Source: an uncultured SAR86 cluster bacterium (GTDB lineage Bacteria; Pseudomonadota; Gammaproteobacteria; Magnimaribacterales; D2472). Taken from it: a stretch of DNA of 64,000 nucleotides. How positions within the stretch are numbered: the first letter of the stretch is position 1; every line of letters begins with the position of its first letter. A model generated the notes under the pieces. It saw nothing but the letters and a program-made list of their open reading frames with translations, did not search any database and was not told the origin of the DNA. Both the position numbers and the translations under genes were made by a program. Positions 12,015 through 23,204 of this stretch are shown here, piece by piece. The stretch is from the NCBI GenBank assembly GCA_905181595.1, contig CAJIYI010000001.1:688847-752846 (forward strand), in the 5' to 3' direction.

Positions 12015-14734
12015 TATTTAATCACCTTAACTTCACCAAGGCCTAGCGCTCTAATTGGCTCTTCTATCTTAGATAGATCGCCAACTATTAACCAAGTCCA
12101 TTGATTGGGTTTAATATATTTTTGAGCCTTTGCTTGAACTTGAGTGAGCGAAGGCTCATCAAGTAATGCAGGCAATTGATCCAAGTAATCAAGATCACGA
12201 TCGTAGGTAACAATTCCAGATACTCCGCCTTTTAGAGCTCCTAGCGTTTCAAATTGCCCAGGCAGTCTGAGTGTTTTGGATGCTTTGCCTTTAGCAAGCT
12301 CATCTTGTGTGATCGGCTTAGTTGATAGGTAGTCTGAATACTCTTTAACAATTTCAGCCATTGATTCAGATGTTTTGTCCGTTTGAACAGGCGCTGTGAC
12401 CAGCATAGCTCTTTGTCCTTTGGCATCTCCAAGTCTTGTTCTTACTCCATAAGACCAACTCTTGTCCTCTCTAAGGTTCATGTTTAGCCTGGCAGTAAAA
12501 CTTCCGCCAATAGCATAATTCATGTAATCGATCTCGATCTCTTCATCCGTTGCTGAAGGCGGTAATAATTGACCAGCCACAATATAGGATTGTTGAGCAT
12601 TTGGCTTATCAATCAAATAAATGGTTCTGGTATTTGGCAATTCAACCGTTGTTAATGCTTTGAGACCTGAATCTGAATTTGCAGACCAATCACCAAATTT
12701 ACTTTCGAGCAGATCAACAAGCTCATCCATCTCAATATCACCTGCTACAGCAAACGTAAGATGAGCAGAATTAATAGCTCTGCTATGGACGTCCATAATA
12801 TTTGCCCGAGTAATAGATGAAATAGTCTCAGAGATTCCGCTGCCAGTTAATGGCTTACCGTAAGGATGGTTATCACCATACAAGAGCTTGCCAATATTTC
12901 TGTAAGCGATAGAAGCAGGTCTATTTTCCTCTTGAATAATTCCGGCCAATGTTTCTTTTTTAATGCGCTCAATTTCTTTTTCTGGAAACGTAGGGTTGAT
13001 CAATGCTTCTTTTGCTAAATCTAAAGTTTGAGATAGGTTCGCTTTTAAAGAAGATAAGGTCGCAACAGATGTATCTAGACCAGAACCGAATCCAAGATTT
13101 GAGCCAAGAGAATCAAGCACTTCATCAAATTCTAGGGATGAATATTTTTTCGTTCCTTCATTCAACATGCCCATCATAAAATTCGTATAGCCCAGCTCAT
13201 CGTTATTTTCTTGAGCGTAACCAAAATTAAATTGAAAATTCATTTCAACCAAAGGAACGCCTTTGCGTTGGGCTAAAACAACTTTAGCTCCATTAGACAA
13301 CGTTGCAGTTTGCAATGTTGGAAATTGAAACTCTACTTTTTCTGTTGGGAAGGGGATGCCTGCAGATCTATCAAGATCTGTTTCACCAACGCTGTATTTA
13401 TCGGTTGGAAGAATGGTTAGGACATAAGGAGTGTCATCTATCCACTTCGCAAAAGTAGCTTTCATCTTTGATGGTGTGACAGCATCTAAATATGCCGCAT
13501 TTTTTTGATAGCACCCTGGGTCACCAGTGTATGTTTGGCAAGTAGCCAACAAATCTGACTTTCCACCAAATCCACCTATTCTTTGAATTCCTCTGATAAA
13601 ACCTGCAAGTATTTTTGTTTTCTCAGCTTTTAATAGTTTGGGGTTAGGACCTCTTTTAGTGAATTCAGCCATTACATCGTCCATAGCTGCCTCTACTGTT
13701 GCAGGATCAACTCCGGCCACAACATCAGCAACAATAAAAAACATTCCTGCTATCTCACGATCATAATAAAATGATGAAACGCTTGTTGCTATTTGTTGTT
13801 CATAAACTAGTTCTTTGTAAAGAGGAGAGTTTTTACCACCCACCAATACACTTGAAGCAAGATCAAAATGAGCCGCTGCTTCTGTGTCTCTTTCTGGTAC
13901 GTTCCATATCTTGTAAATTCTAGCCTGAGGCACATCATCAAACATGACCTCTCTTTTTTCTTCTGAACGTTTTGCAATCCACTTTTCTGGTTTTATTAGC
14001 GGAGGTCCAGATGGAATATCTGCGAAGTACTTAGCGACTTTAAGCTTGGCTGTCTCAAGGTCAATATCACCCGCCAACGCTAATACTGCATTGTTAGGTC
14101 CATAGTAAGTTTTGAACCAGTCTTGAACATCTTCAAGCGAAGCTGCATCTAAATCATCCATTGAACCAATAGTTGACCATGAGTAAGGGTGTCCTTTCGG
14201 GAAAGCAGATTCACTGATTCTTGTGAACGCCTTTCCGTAGGGTTGGTTTTCACCTTGACGCTTCTCGTTTTGCACCACACCTCTTTGCTCATCAAGTTTC
14301 TCTTGATCGACAACACCAAGAAGGTGACCCATGCGATCAGACTCCATCCACAAAGCTAAATCGAGAGCATTGGTAGGTACGTTTTGAAAGTAATTAGTTC
14401 TATCGGAGTTGGTTGTTCCGTTTTGATCAGTCGAACCTATTTTTTCAAACGGTTCAAAATATTCATTGTTGTAGTTCTCAGTTCCATTAAACATGAGATG
14501 TTCGAATAAATGAGCAAAGCCAGTCTTGCCTAATTTTTCATTTTTGGAGCCAACGTGATACCAGACATTAACAGCAACCATGGGAACTTTCTTGTCCTCA
14601 TGAACGATAACTGTCAATCCGTTATCAAGCTTAAAGGACTCATATTTAATCTCAGGTAACTCTGCAAGCGATGACGCTTGAATAGAGATGATAAACATTA
14701 TGTTAATAACAGATGCTTGAAATAATTTATTCAT
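12014..14734 (-). CDS. M16 (pitrilysin/PqqL-like) zinc peptidase
   Basis: HLFEHLMF (HxxEH), two-lobe architecture, RLNMNLREDKSWSYG. Confidence 0.92.
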   Translation of the reverse strand: MNKLFQASVINIMFIISIQASSLAELPEIKYESFKLDNGLTVIVHEDKKVPMVAVNVWYHVGSKNEKLGKTGFAHLFEHLMFNGTENYNNEYFEPFEKIGSTDQNGTTNSDRTNYFQNVPTNALDLALWMESDRMGHLLGVVDQEKLDEQRGVVQNEKRQGENQPYGKAFTRISESAFPKGHPYSWSTIGSMDDLDAASLEDVQDWFKTYYGPNNAVLALAGDIDLETAKLKVAKYFADIPSGPPLIKPEKWIAKRSEEKREVMFDDVPQARIYKIWNVPERDTEAAAHFDLASSVLVGGKNSPLYKELVYEQQIATSVSSFYYDREIAGMFFIVADVVAGVDPATVEAAMDDVMAEFTKRGPNPKLLKAEKTKILAGFIRGIQRIGGFGGKSDLLATCQTYTGDPGCYQKNAAYLDAVTPSKMKATFAKWIDDTPYVLTILPTDKYSVGETDLDRSAGIPFPTEKVEFQFPTLQTATLSNGAKVVLAQRKGVPLVEMNFQFNFGYAQENNDELGYTNFMMGMLNEGTKKYSSLEFDEVLDSLGSNLGFGSGLDTSVATLSSLKANLSQTLDLAKEALINPTFPEKEIERIKKETLAGIIQEENRPASIAYRNIGKLLYGDNHPYGKPLTGSGISETISSITRANIMDVHSRAINSAHLTFAVAGDIEMDELVDLLESKFGDWSANSDSGLKALTTVELPNTRTIYLIDKPNAQQSYIVAGQLLPPSATDEEIEIDYMNYAIGGSFTARLNMNLREDKSWSYGVRTRLGDAKGQRAMLVTAPVQTDKTSESMAEIVKEYSDYLSTKPITQDELAKGKASKTLRLPGQFETLGALKGGVSGIVTYDRDLDYLDQLPALLDEPSLTQVQAKAQKYIKPNQWTWLIVGDLSKIEEPIRALGLGEVKVIK

Positions 14735-14799
14735 GAATTAGTGCCCCAATAATTTGAAAATATATTTTATACTTTAGTTAAAACAATATACAGATCATC

Positions 14800-16465
14800 A
14801 TGAAAATAGATATAAGACGTTTTAAATCAATCAAACTGCATTTAGCTATTTTGTTACTGGGATCCTCTATTCTAATTACAGGATGCTCTGAACCCTTAAG
14901 CGATACGACCGATGGGCGATTGAGATACTGGATATCTACTCTAGCATCCGATGAATTTGAAGGCAGGGCGCCTGGAACTCGCTGGCGGCCAATTAACCAA
15001 AAATTTTATCTCGCAAACTTTTCAAGATCTCGATCTTGACCCAATTAACGGAAGTTATTTCTTGGATGTGCCTACCTCTGAAATAACTTTAAAAGACTCT
15101 TCCTATTTAACTCTTTCCTTTAGAGGCAATGATCGAAAAATGAAGACCGGTGAAGAGGTTGTTTTTTGGACCAAACAAGCCAGAGATTACCGAAAAATTA
15201 GAGACAGTGAAGTGGTCTTTGTTGGTTATGGAATTGTTGCGCCTGAATACAACTGGAATGACTACGAAGGGATTGATGTGAAGGGTAAAACCGTTGTTAT
15301 ATTGGTTAATGATCCTGGATATGCAACCGGTAAACTCAGACTATTCAATGGTAAATCAATGACTTACTACGGGCGATGGACCTATAAATTCGAAGAAGCA
15401 GCCAAACAAGGCGCAGCAGCTGCAATCATAGTTCATGAAGAAGCGCCCGCGGCCTATCCATGGAGTGTTGTTGAGAACAGTTGGCAAGGTCCTCAGTTAG
15501 ATCTGCAACGCGATGATCTAGGCGCAGATAGAGTTACCTTAGAAGGCTGGATAAGACACGACACCCTTAATGATGTTCTTGGGTACACAGGTTTTAACTA
15601 TGAGGCACTTAAAGAGATCGCCTTAGAAAAATCATTCTCTGCATTTCCTCTGCGAGGACTTGCCTTGAGCAGCGAGATGTTCAATGAAGTTAGATACCTT
15701 CAATCTCACAATATTGCTGCAATGAAGAAAGGAACTGTTAATCCTGATGAATATGTTCTTTTTATGGCGCATTGGGATCATCTTGGCGTACTTGATAATA
15801 CCAAGCCTGGCGAAGATTCTATCGTCAATGGGGCCGTTGATAACGCAACGGGCGTTGCTTCAATCCTTGAGTTTGCTAAAAGATACTCGGACATTGAAAC
15901 AGAAAGATCTATTATTTTTTTAACGGTAACGCTTGAGGAATCTGGACTTCTTGGTTCTGAGTATTTTGCAAAGTATCCGCCAATTGACTTATCCCAAGTT
16001 GTAGGAGGATTTAATTTTGATGCCATCCTTCCAACGGGCCTAACCAATGACATGGTTGTGGTCGGCTACGGCGCATCTGAGCTTGAAGATTTGCTTGAAG
16101 TAGAGCTTGGAAAAAACGGACGATATATTAACCCTGATCCCAATCCTGAAAAAGGATATTTTTATCGCTCCGATCACATCAGCTTAGCAAAAAGGGGAGT
16201 GCCTATGCTTTATGCGGATGGTGGCTTTGACTTTGTTAACGGAGGAAGAGAAGCTGGTTTTGCTTTTGAAGAATCCTATCGTCTAGAGGCTTACCATGGT
16301 GTGGCTGATGAGTATGATGCATCGTGGAATTTAGAAGGTTTAAATCAATCAATAGATGTAATTTTTAATATTAGCAATGAATTAGCGAATAGCTCACAAT
16401 GGCCTAATTGGTATGAAGGGAATGAATTTAAAGCAACCAGAGACGCTGCGAGAGCTGGGAAGTAG
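14800..16465 (+). CDS. M28 family aminopeptidase with PA domain, probable lipoprotein, frameshift near 14980
   Basis: LITGC lipobox, LASDEFEGRAPGT, AHWDHLG, NGAVDNATG, EESGLLGS, RSDH. Confidence 0.88.
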
Positions 16466-16470
16466 ACTAT

Positions 16471-17920
16471 ATGCATAAGGATATTATTATTGTTGGCGCT
16501 GGTATATCCGGTATTGCAGCAGGGTACAACTTGCAAAAAAGTTGCCCGGATAAATCGTTCGCTATTCTTGAGGGCAGAGAGGCATTGGGCGGAACTTGGG
16601 ACCTATTTAAATATCCAGGTGTTCGCTCGGATTCTGACATGCATACTTTAGGCTTTAGGTTCAAGCCTTGGATTCATAAAAAAGCAATCGCTGATGGTCC
16701 ATCCATACTTAAATATCTTAACGAGACCGTGGATGATTATAATCTGAGAGAAAAAATCACATACAACCAAAAAGTTATTGCCTCTAACTGGGTATCGGAT
16801 TCATCAATCTGGGAATTAACAGTTGATGATAATGGTCAAGAGATCAGCATGAGCTGTAACTTCTTATTTTTATGTGGAGGTTATTACAGCTATGACAAAC
16901 CTTACATGCCTGATTTTCCAGGCATGGATGAATTCAATGGCAGGGTTATTCATCCTCAATTCTGGGATGAATCGTTAGACTATTCGAACAAAAAAGTTGT
17001 TGTTATTGGGAGTGGTGCAACTGCTGTTACCTTGGTGCCTGCAATTGCTGAATCTGCAAAACAAACAACAATGCTGCAACGCTCACCAAGCTACGTTATT
17101 TCTGCTCCTGCCGAAGATTCCTGGAACAATGCTTTAAACAAAATCTTTCCCTGTTAAATTTACATATTTTGTGATTCGATGGAAAAATATCTTACGAACC
17201 ATTATAGGATTTTATTTATCTCGTAAATATCCAGAGCGGATCAAGGAAAGACTGATTAATCTTGTGCGAGAAGAATTAGGCCAAGATTTTGACGTTGAAA
17301 AGCACTTTACTCCATCATATAAACCCTGGGATCAGCGTATGTGTCTTGTTCCTGATGGCGATCTTTTCAGTGCTATTAAAGACAATCGTGCGAACGTTGT
17401 TACAGATACAATTGATACATTTACTCCAACAGGCATCTTACTTAACTCTGGCAATGAAATAGAAGCTGATATTGTTATTTCTGCCACAGGAATTGAGCTT
17501 AATGCATTGAACGATATTAATGTTTCTGTTGATGGGGTGAAGGTCGAGGCTAATCGCAAGCTCTCATACAAAGGAATGATGTTAAGCGGAGTCCCTAATC
17601 TAGCTATTAGTTTTGGTTACGTTAATTCATCTTGGACCTTAAGAGCCGACCTAACTTGTGAGTATGTGTGTCGGCTTATCAATACAATGGACAAAGAGGG
17701 ATGTGCAGCGTGTTCCCCAGAAGAAGATCTAAATGCTTTGGTGGAAGATGATTACATTGACTTTACATCAGGCTATGTCCAAAGAGCTTTGGATAGATTG
17801 CCAAAACAGGGCAAAAAATCGCCATGGCGTAATTATCAAAATTATCTGTTAGATATATTTTATGTCAGGCTTTTTTCTATAAAAGATTCAACACTTCGCT
17901 TTTACAATCCTAAAAATTAA
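16471..17920 (+). CDS. Baeyer-Villiger/flavin-containing monooxygenase (EthA/AlmA-like), frameshift near 17150
   Basis: GAGISG, GGTWDLFKYPGVRSDSD, FxGxxxHxxxW (FNGRVIHPQFW), GSGATA, SWTLRADL. Confidence 0.9.
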
Positions 17921-17935
17921 AACAACGTTCAAGCT

Positions 17936-18183
17936 TTGAAAATCAGATACCTTGTTCCATTAACCCTATGGACGCTTGGTCTTGTAAATCTATTTCAGCC
18001 GTTGATGGCTTCTTGTTTTTTTCTCAACGTTTATTTTCTGGCTTCTGTTCTCACATTTGATGATGCGTTATTCTTAGAAAAAGAATCTTAAGCTCAACAG
18101 ATACTCCTGCTAAAGCATTTGCTATGACTTTCTTGTTTGGAGTTATTTATCTTGTTTCAATTGAAGTAAAGACACAAGAGTAG
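17936..18183 (+). pseudogene. Small hydrophobic membrane protein (DUF1145-like), frameshifted or decayed
   Basis: Fragments LVPLTLWTLGLVNLFQP... and ...KAFAMTFLFGVIYLVSI in different frames. Confidence 0.35.
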
Positions 18184-18248
18184 AGGGGTTGAAATTTCTA
18201 TTTATTCTGAGATTATGGGTAAATTAAACTCGTTTTGTAGGAGAGATT

Positions 18249-18629
18249 ATGATAAAAAAAGAATCCTTTTTTTTAGTATTTGTTGCTATTGGTGTATTTT
18301 TTGCTTCTTTGGGATACGGATTTTTACCAAGCCTAACAATGCCTTTTTTGTATGACATAGAAGTAACCAATACAAATTTATTAAATATTTTAAGAGCAAT
18401 TTCGGGTTTATATATAGCCTTAGTAACTTTTTGGATATTAGGTGCATATAACTCTAATCTTCAATTACCTGCTCTATGGAGTTTAACAATCTTCATGACT
18501 GGGATAGCTTTAGGAAGAGTTGCAAGCATCTTAATTGATGGTTTGCCTAGTCCAATCTTTATTTTTTATCTATTTATAGAAATTATTTCCGGCTTAATAG
18601 GTTATGCACTTTTGAAGAAAAAATTATGA
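18249..18629 (+). CDS. DUF4345 family membrane protein
   Basis: LRAISGLY, LGRVASILIDGLPS; four hydrophobic segments. Confidence 0.75.
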   Translation: MIKKESFFLVFVAIGVFFASLGYGFLPSLTMPFLYDIEVTNTNLLNILRAISGLYIALVTFWILGAYNSNLQLPALWSLTIFMTGIALGRVASILIDGLPSPIFIFYLFIEIISGLIGYALLKKKL

Positions 18630-18725
18630 AGTTTATATTAAGCGCGATCGCACTATGATTTGTAATGATTAAAGCTCAATAGAGAACTTCTATCAAATCA
18701 GAAATAGAAACTCGTTAGATCTCAA

Positions 18726-18745
18726 GAAGCCTCAGGTGAGGCTTC
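18726..18745. terminator. Hairpin between convergent genes, probable terminator
   Basis: GAAGCCTC-AGGT-GAGGCTTC, 8-bp stem. Confidence 0.5.
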
Positions 18746-18761
18746 ATTGAAAAAGGGAGGA

Positions 18762-18986
18762 TTATCCCAGTAGACGTTTTAAATATATTTGGTTAGAGCT
18801 ATCTAGGGATACTAATTCCCAACCCTCTTGACCCAATTTATTTAACTCAATCATAGACATTTCATATTTCCAATTTGCAGGCTCTTTGTGCTGCTCCTTG
18901 AAATGCTCTGTGTCCTCATTGGAGTAACCCATAGATGTAGAGTTGCTATGATCAACAATTTTATATTCCCATTTATTCATTATCAT
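18762..18986 (-). CDS. DUF4177 family small protein
   Basis: KWEYKIV...LNKLGQEGWELVS...YLKR. Confidence 0.75.
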   Translation of the reverse strand: MIMNKWEYKIVDHSNSTSMGYSNEDTEHFKEQHKEPANWKYEMSMIELNKLGQEGWELVSLDSSNQIYLKRLLG

Positions 18987-19127
18987 CTCCTGCCAGGTGG
19001 CAATCAGATGCGTTCCTTCAGTACTATTACCTACTTCCGTCCCAAGAAAGGATGAACGATAATTTATTTTAATCTAAAACTACACATAGATGTCAAGTTT
19101 GAAGCCGTTATAGCTCCCATGTATGGT

Positions 19128-19561
19128 TTAGTTTCTCAGGCCTGTTTTTTCATCGACGAGTATGTCCATCAGTAAATTTCTAATGCAGCCCATAAATTGC
19201 TTCAAGGAATCAATTTCATCAAGCGTATAAACACTCTCTGAAAGAGCGTCTTTGGGACTGCCCTTGATAAAGCTGCAGTTTATATTCCATGCATTGGCAC
19301 TGGTTGACTCGTATGCTGTGACCTCAATCTCCTCGTAATCATAAGCTTTGTTTTGAATGAGGCAGATCAGCTTGGATTGTTCTGAATTGAATTGATATGA
19401 ATAGCTGAGGAGGGTGTCCATACTTCTGCTATTAAACCAATCCACGTGACTGGATATCTCGTCTTTAAGGTTATGAAGGGTTTTAAAGTCTGATAGATGT
19501 TTACACCAGTAGTGTCTTTATTCTGCTCAGATTTTATGAAGCTCTCGTATTCATCTGTCAT
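19128..19561 (-). CDS. Hypothetical protein, probably one gene split by a frameshift
   Basis: Overlapping ORFs 19367-19561 and 19128-19445; no recognisable motif. Confidence 0.4.
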
Positions 19562-19598
19562 ATCTTTACCCCAATCACCTTTAGACTAATCTAATGTG

Positions 19599-19675
19599 TG
19601 GCGCGCCCGGAGAGATTCGAACTCCCGACCCCTTGGTTCGTAGCCAAGTACTCTATCCAGCTGAGCTACGGGCGC
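19599..19675 (-). tRNA. tRNA-Arg (anticodon ACG)
   Basis: Reverse complement GCGCCCGTAGCTCAGCTGGATAGAGTACTTGGCTACGAACCAAGGGGTCGGGAGTTCGAATCTCTCCGGGCGCGCCA: full cloverleaf, TTCGAAT T-loop, encoded CCA. Confidence 0.97.
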
Positions 19676-19781
19676 ACGTGGCTATTATACTGGAGAAATC
19701 TTTTTTAAATCGATTAGTTTCTTTACCCATATCTAAAAAAACTTTATATTAAAGTAATATATTTATACGTATTATCAACCC

Positions 19782-20249
19782 ATGAATTTCGAAACCATTA
19801 TTATCATTCTTCAAACGCTAGGACCATTTACGGTCTTGGTCACTGTGTATTTTTTGGTTACGGAGTTAAAAGAACAAAATCGTGTAGCCAGAGCTAATGC
19901 TCGACAAAATATTGCTGATTCTCATCAAAAAGTTGCGCTTGCTGGAATGAAACCAGTTTTGGTGACCACTAAAATTAAACTTAGAAACAATGAAGAGCTA
20001 ACCAAAGAGGAGAACGCAGTGTACCTAACTTACTTTAGCGTCATGCTTAGAGCTAGAGAAAATCAATTCTATCAATTTAAAATTGGCATGCTGGATGAAG
20101 ATGAGTGGAACGCTATGCTAATATCTTTCAAAACCTTATTTAAAGAGCCTAAACATTTGGAAATTTGGGATTTTATAAAAATTACTTTTGCAGAAGATTT
20201 TGTTGAGCTTGTTGACGATCAAATCAAACAAAGTAAATTATATGGCTGA
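19782..20249 (+). CDS. Hypothetical protein with N-terminal transmembrane helix
   Basis: 155-aa ORF, first gene of the signalling operon; ENQFYQFKIGMLDEDEW. Confidence 0.7.
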   Translation: MNFETIIIILQTLGPFTVLVTVYFLVTELKEQNRVARANARQNIADSHQKVALAGMKPVLVTTKIKLRNNEELTKEENAVYLTYFSVMLRARENQFYQFKIGMLDEDEWNAMLISFKTLFKEPKHLEIWDFIKITFAEDFVELVDDQIKQSKLYG

Positions 20250-20255
20250 TAAATC

Positions 20256-21350
20256 ATGCAAACAGATCAAGAACTAAATTACCTAACAAAGTCGCTCCTG
20301 CACCACCCAAGCCCCTATATTATCTATGAGCTTGATGGATCTATAGCTTGGGCAAATATTGCAGCAAACTATATTTTTAACCTGGCCAGCCTTGACGAGC
20401 TTTCGGTTGTTAAAATTGATGAGCAGGTAAAAAATAATTTTGGTGATCTAGATTCTATTGCTCTTTATTACGATACTCCGATTGAGATTTCACTACGAGA
20501 TATTAATTTTTTTATGAGAACAAGAGTTCACATGATCCCAGTGGATATATCCAGCGGCATTATGCTCATAGAATTACTTTGCTCCTCTAGGTCTGGCTTA
20601 GATGCTTTAAGAAAAACAATTGATTGCATCGAGCATCAACGCATTGAGCTGGCATATCAAAAACAAGTTAATCTTGAGACAAACGAAGTTACTGGTATTG
20701 AGGCTTTGCTGAGGTTGCAGGACGGAGAGGGTGGATATCTTCCAAACGATGAGATAATCCCTCAAATTGAAGGTGAGAGCTTATTCTCCCTTGTTGTGCT
20801 TGAATCCCTGGTGCAGCTAGAAAAATTTTTTGCTATCAAGGAAGAAATTGGTTTCAAGGATGCCACTCTTTATTTAAATGTTTCTGCTCACACCATTATG
20901 CATCCAGAATTTTGTTCAATATTCACTGATTTCGTAGAAAAACATAACCTTGCTCCCAATCAATTCGGGTTAGAGGTAACAGAGACTGCTGAGCTTGCAG
21001 ACATAAACATTGCATCTGAATCTCTTCAAACTTTAAAAGATAAGGGCATTAAAATTGCACTAGATGATTTTGGTGCTGGTTATGCCTCTTTGAAATATGT
21101 GAGAGATCTTCCGATTGATGTGGTGAAGCTAGATAAACATTTTACTTTCAACGTAACAGACCCCTCTACGGCAAGGCTTATTAGTTTTGTCTCTGAGGTA
21201 TGTAGTGATCTAGATTTGGAGATGATTGGTGAGGGCATAGAGACGGAGGAAGATAAACAGCTGATGTTAGATCTTGGTTGCAAGATTGGCCAAGGCTACT
21301 TAATGCACAGGCCTGATTTTTTAGATTCATTTAAGCCTAAGGAAACATAA
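20256..21350 (+). CDS. PAS-like + EAL domain c-di-GMP phosphodiesterase
   Basis: YQKQV, IEALLR, LNVS, LEVTE, DDFGAGY, KLDK, EGIE, GQGY. Confidence 0.9.
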   Translation: MQTDQELNYLTKSLLHHPSPYIIYELDGSIAWANIAANYIFNLASLDELSVVKIDEQVKNNFGDLDSIALYYDTPIEISLRDINFFMRTRVHMIPVDISSGIMLIELLCSSRSGLDALRKTIDCIEHQRIELAYQKQVNLETNEVTGIEALLRLQDGEGGYLPNDEIIPQIEGESLFSLVVLESLVQLEKFFAIKEEIGFKDATLYLNVSAHTIMHPEFCSIFTDFVEKHNLAPNQFGLEVTETAELADINIASESLQTLKDKGIKIALDDFGAGYASLKYVRDLPIDVVKLDKHFTFNVTDPSTARLISFVSEVCSDLDLEMIGEGIETEEDKQLMLDLGCKIGQGYLMHRPDFLDSFKPKET

Positions 21351-21354
21351 AAGC

Positions 21355-22839
21355 ATGGATAAATTAACACCAAAAGAAACTTCAAAAGGTGCAGAAGAGA
21401 TTGTTTTAACCCAAATTAAACAAGATTTTATTACGCCCGCAAATGCTATATTTGATTATGTTGATATGGTTGAAAAGGTTCTCAATGATGCTGAGCTAAC
21501 CTCAGAAGATGAGATTGCTCAGATAAAATCATCCTGCAATCATTTAATAGACCAGTACGAAGTCGCTTTTTTACAAAACACTGGCATCAATGCTGAGACC
21601 TCTAAAAAAACTCCAGAAGAATATTCTGAGCTTCGTCACAATCTAAGAACCCCGTTAAATGCAATCATAGGGTACAGCGAAATCTTAATGGAAGATTATG
21701 AGGATGATTTGGAGGAATCTGCACTAGAAGATTTTCAACAAATTATTAATTTAGCTAGGGAGACTGAAAAAGCGATTGAGATATTTGTCGACTACATCAG
21801 AGGAGAGTCGATAGATCCTAATAATGATGCTTCATCCAATCAGCTTGAATCTGCTGAATCTTTATTCAAATCTTTGGGTGATATTGAATATTCAATTACT
21901 CTGGATGACGATATCAAAGAATCAGATATCTTAATTGTTGACGATAATATAACTAACTGCGAAGTTCTGCAGCGACGATTGTCCATGCAAGGTTTATCTT
22001 GTAGGACTGCATACGATGGAACGACCGCTTTAGAAGAAGTTTTTAAGAAAACACCAGATTTAATTCTATTAGATGTAATTTTGCCTGATATTAATGGGCT
22101 AGAGTTGCTGAAGACTTTCCGCAAGGAACATAACTCTGAATCTCTTCCTGTGATAATGGTTTCTGCTTTTAATGATGTGGATAGTATCTCTAAATGCATT
22201 CAACTTGGAGCTCAGGACTACCTTCCAAAACCAATTAACGGCACTATTTTATTGGCAAAGGTCGTAGCTGCCTTAGAGAGAAAATTTTGGAGAGAGCGAG
22301 AAAAGGAGTTGGTTGATAAGCTTCATATTCAAGCTACAACTGATCAGCTAACTGGTATTTTCAATCGCAGAGTAGTCTTTGATGCTCTAGATGAAGCGAT
22401 GGAAAAAGCCAATGAATCTCAAGACAGAGAATTTACTACTATTATGTTTGACATCGATTTTTTCAAACAAGTAAATGATACCTATGGTCATGCTGGTGGA
22501 GATGCAGTTTTGATCTCATTTGCAAAATTATTAGAATCAGAAATAACTTCTCCAAACATTGTTGGCAGAATTGGGGGAGAAGAATTTTTGGCAATCTTGT
22601 ACTTGAATCAAGATCAAGCTGCTGAATTTTGTAAAAAGCTCATTATTAAAATTAATGATAATACTGTTAACTTTGATGGTATTGATATTAAAATTAGCTC
22701 AAGTGGCGGCGTTGCATTTTCCTCAGAAACGAATACTTCAGCTGACTTAACTAATAAAGCTGACGAACGACTGTATGAGGCAAAAAAATCGGGTAGAAAT
22801 AGATTTAAATTAATAGATAGCGAGTTAGTAGGAGACTAA
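21355..22839 (+). CDS. HisKA-REC-GGDEF diguanylate cyclase
   Basis: LRHNLRTPLNAIIGYSE, ILIVDD...LLDVILP...YLPKP, DIDFFKQVNDTYGHAGGD, GRIGGEEF. Confidence 0.9.
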   Translation: MDKLTPKETSKGAEEIVLTQIKQDFITPANAIFDYVDMVEKVLNDAELTSEDEIAQIKSSCNHLIDQYEVAFLQNTGINAETSKKTPEEYSELRHNLRTPLNAIIGYSEILMEDYEDDLEESALEDFQQIINLARETEKAIEIFVDYIRGESIDPNNDASSNQLESAESLFKSLGDIEYSITLDDDIKESDILIVDDNITNCEVLQRRLSMQGLSCRTAYDGTTALEEVFKKTPDLILLDVILPDINGLELLKTFRKEHNSESLPVIMVSAFNDVDSISKCIQLGAQDYLPKPINGTILLAKVVAALERKFWREREKELVDKLHIQATTDQLTGIFNRRVVFDALDEAMEKANESQDREFTTIMFDIDFFKQVNDTYGHAGGDAVLISFAKLLESEITSPNIVGRIGGEEFLAILYLNQDQAAEFCKKLIIKINDNTVNFDGIDIKISSSGGVAFSSETNTSADLTNKADERLYEAKKSGRNRFKLIDSELVGD

Positions 22840-22841
22840 TC

Positions 22842-23201
22842 ATGGCAAAAATACTTTATGTTGAAGATAACGAGATGAATCGAGATATGCTTTCACGTCG
22901 ATTAACCAGAAGGGGATATGACATTATTATGGCTTTTGATGGCCAGGCTGGACTTGATATGATGAGGAATGATGCTCCTGACATAGTATTAATGGACATG
23001 GGTTTACCTGTTCTTGATGGATGGGAAGCAACCATACAAGCAAAAGCCGATGACTCAATTAACTCAATACCAATTATTGCATTGACTGCTCATGCCTTAG
23101 AATCTGACAAGCAAAAAGCACTTAGAGTGTGGAGCGGATGATTTTGATACTAAGCCAGTTGACTTCAAGCGGTTGTTAGAAAAAATTGAAGCTCTGCTTA
23201 A
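22842..23201 (+). CDS. Single-domain response regulator (DivK-like), frameshift near 23125
   Basis: ILYVEDN, VLMDMGLP, IIALTAHA; continuation DDFDTKPVDF in a shifted frame to TAA at 23199-23201. Confidence 0.88.
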
Positions 23202-23204
23202 CCC

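Noticed and set aside
17921-19675. Prophage or integrative element at tRNA-Arg
   Set aside because: No integrase, phage gene or duplicated tRNA 3' end was found by eye
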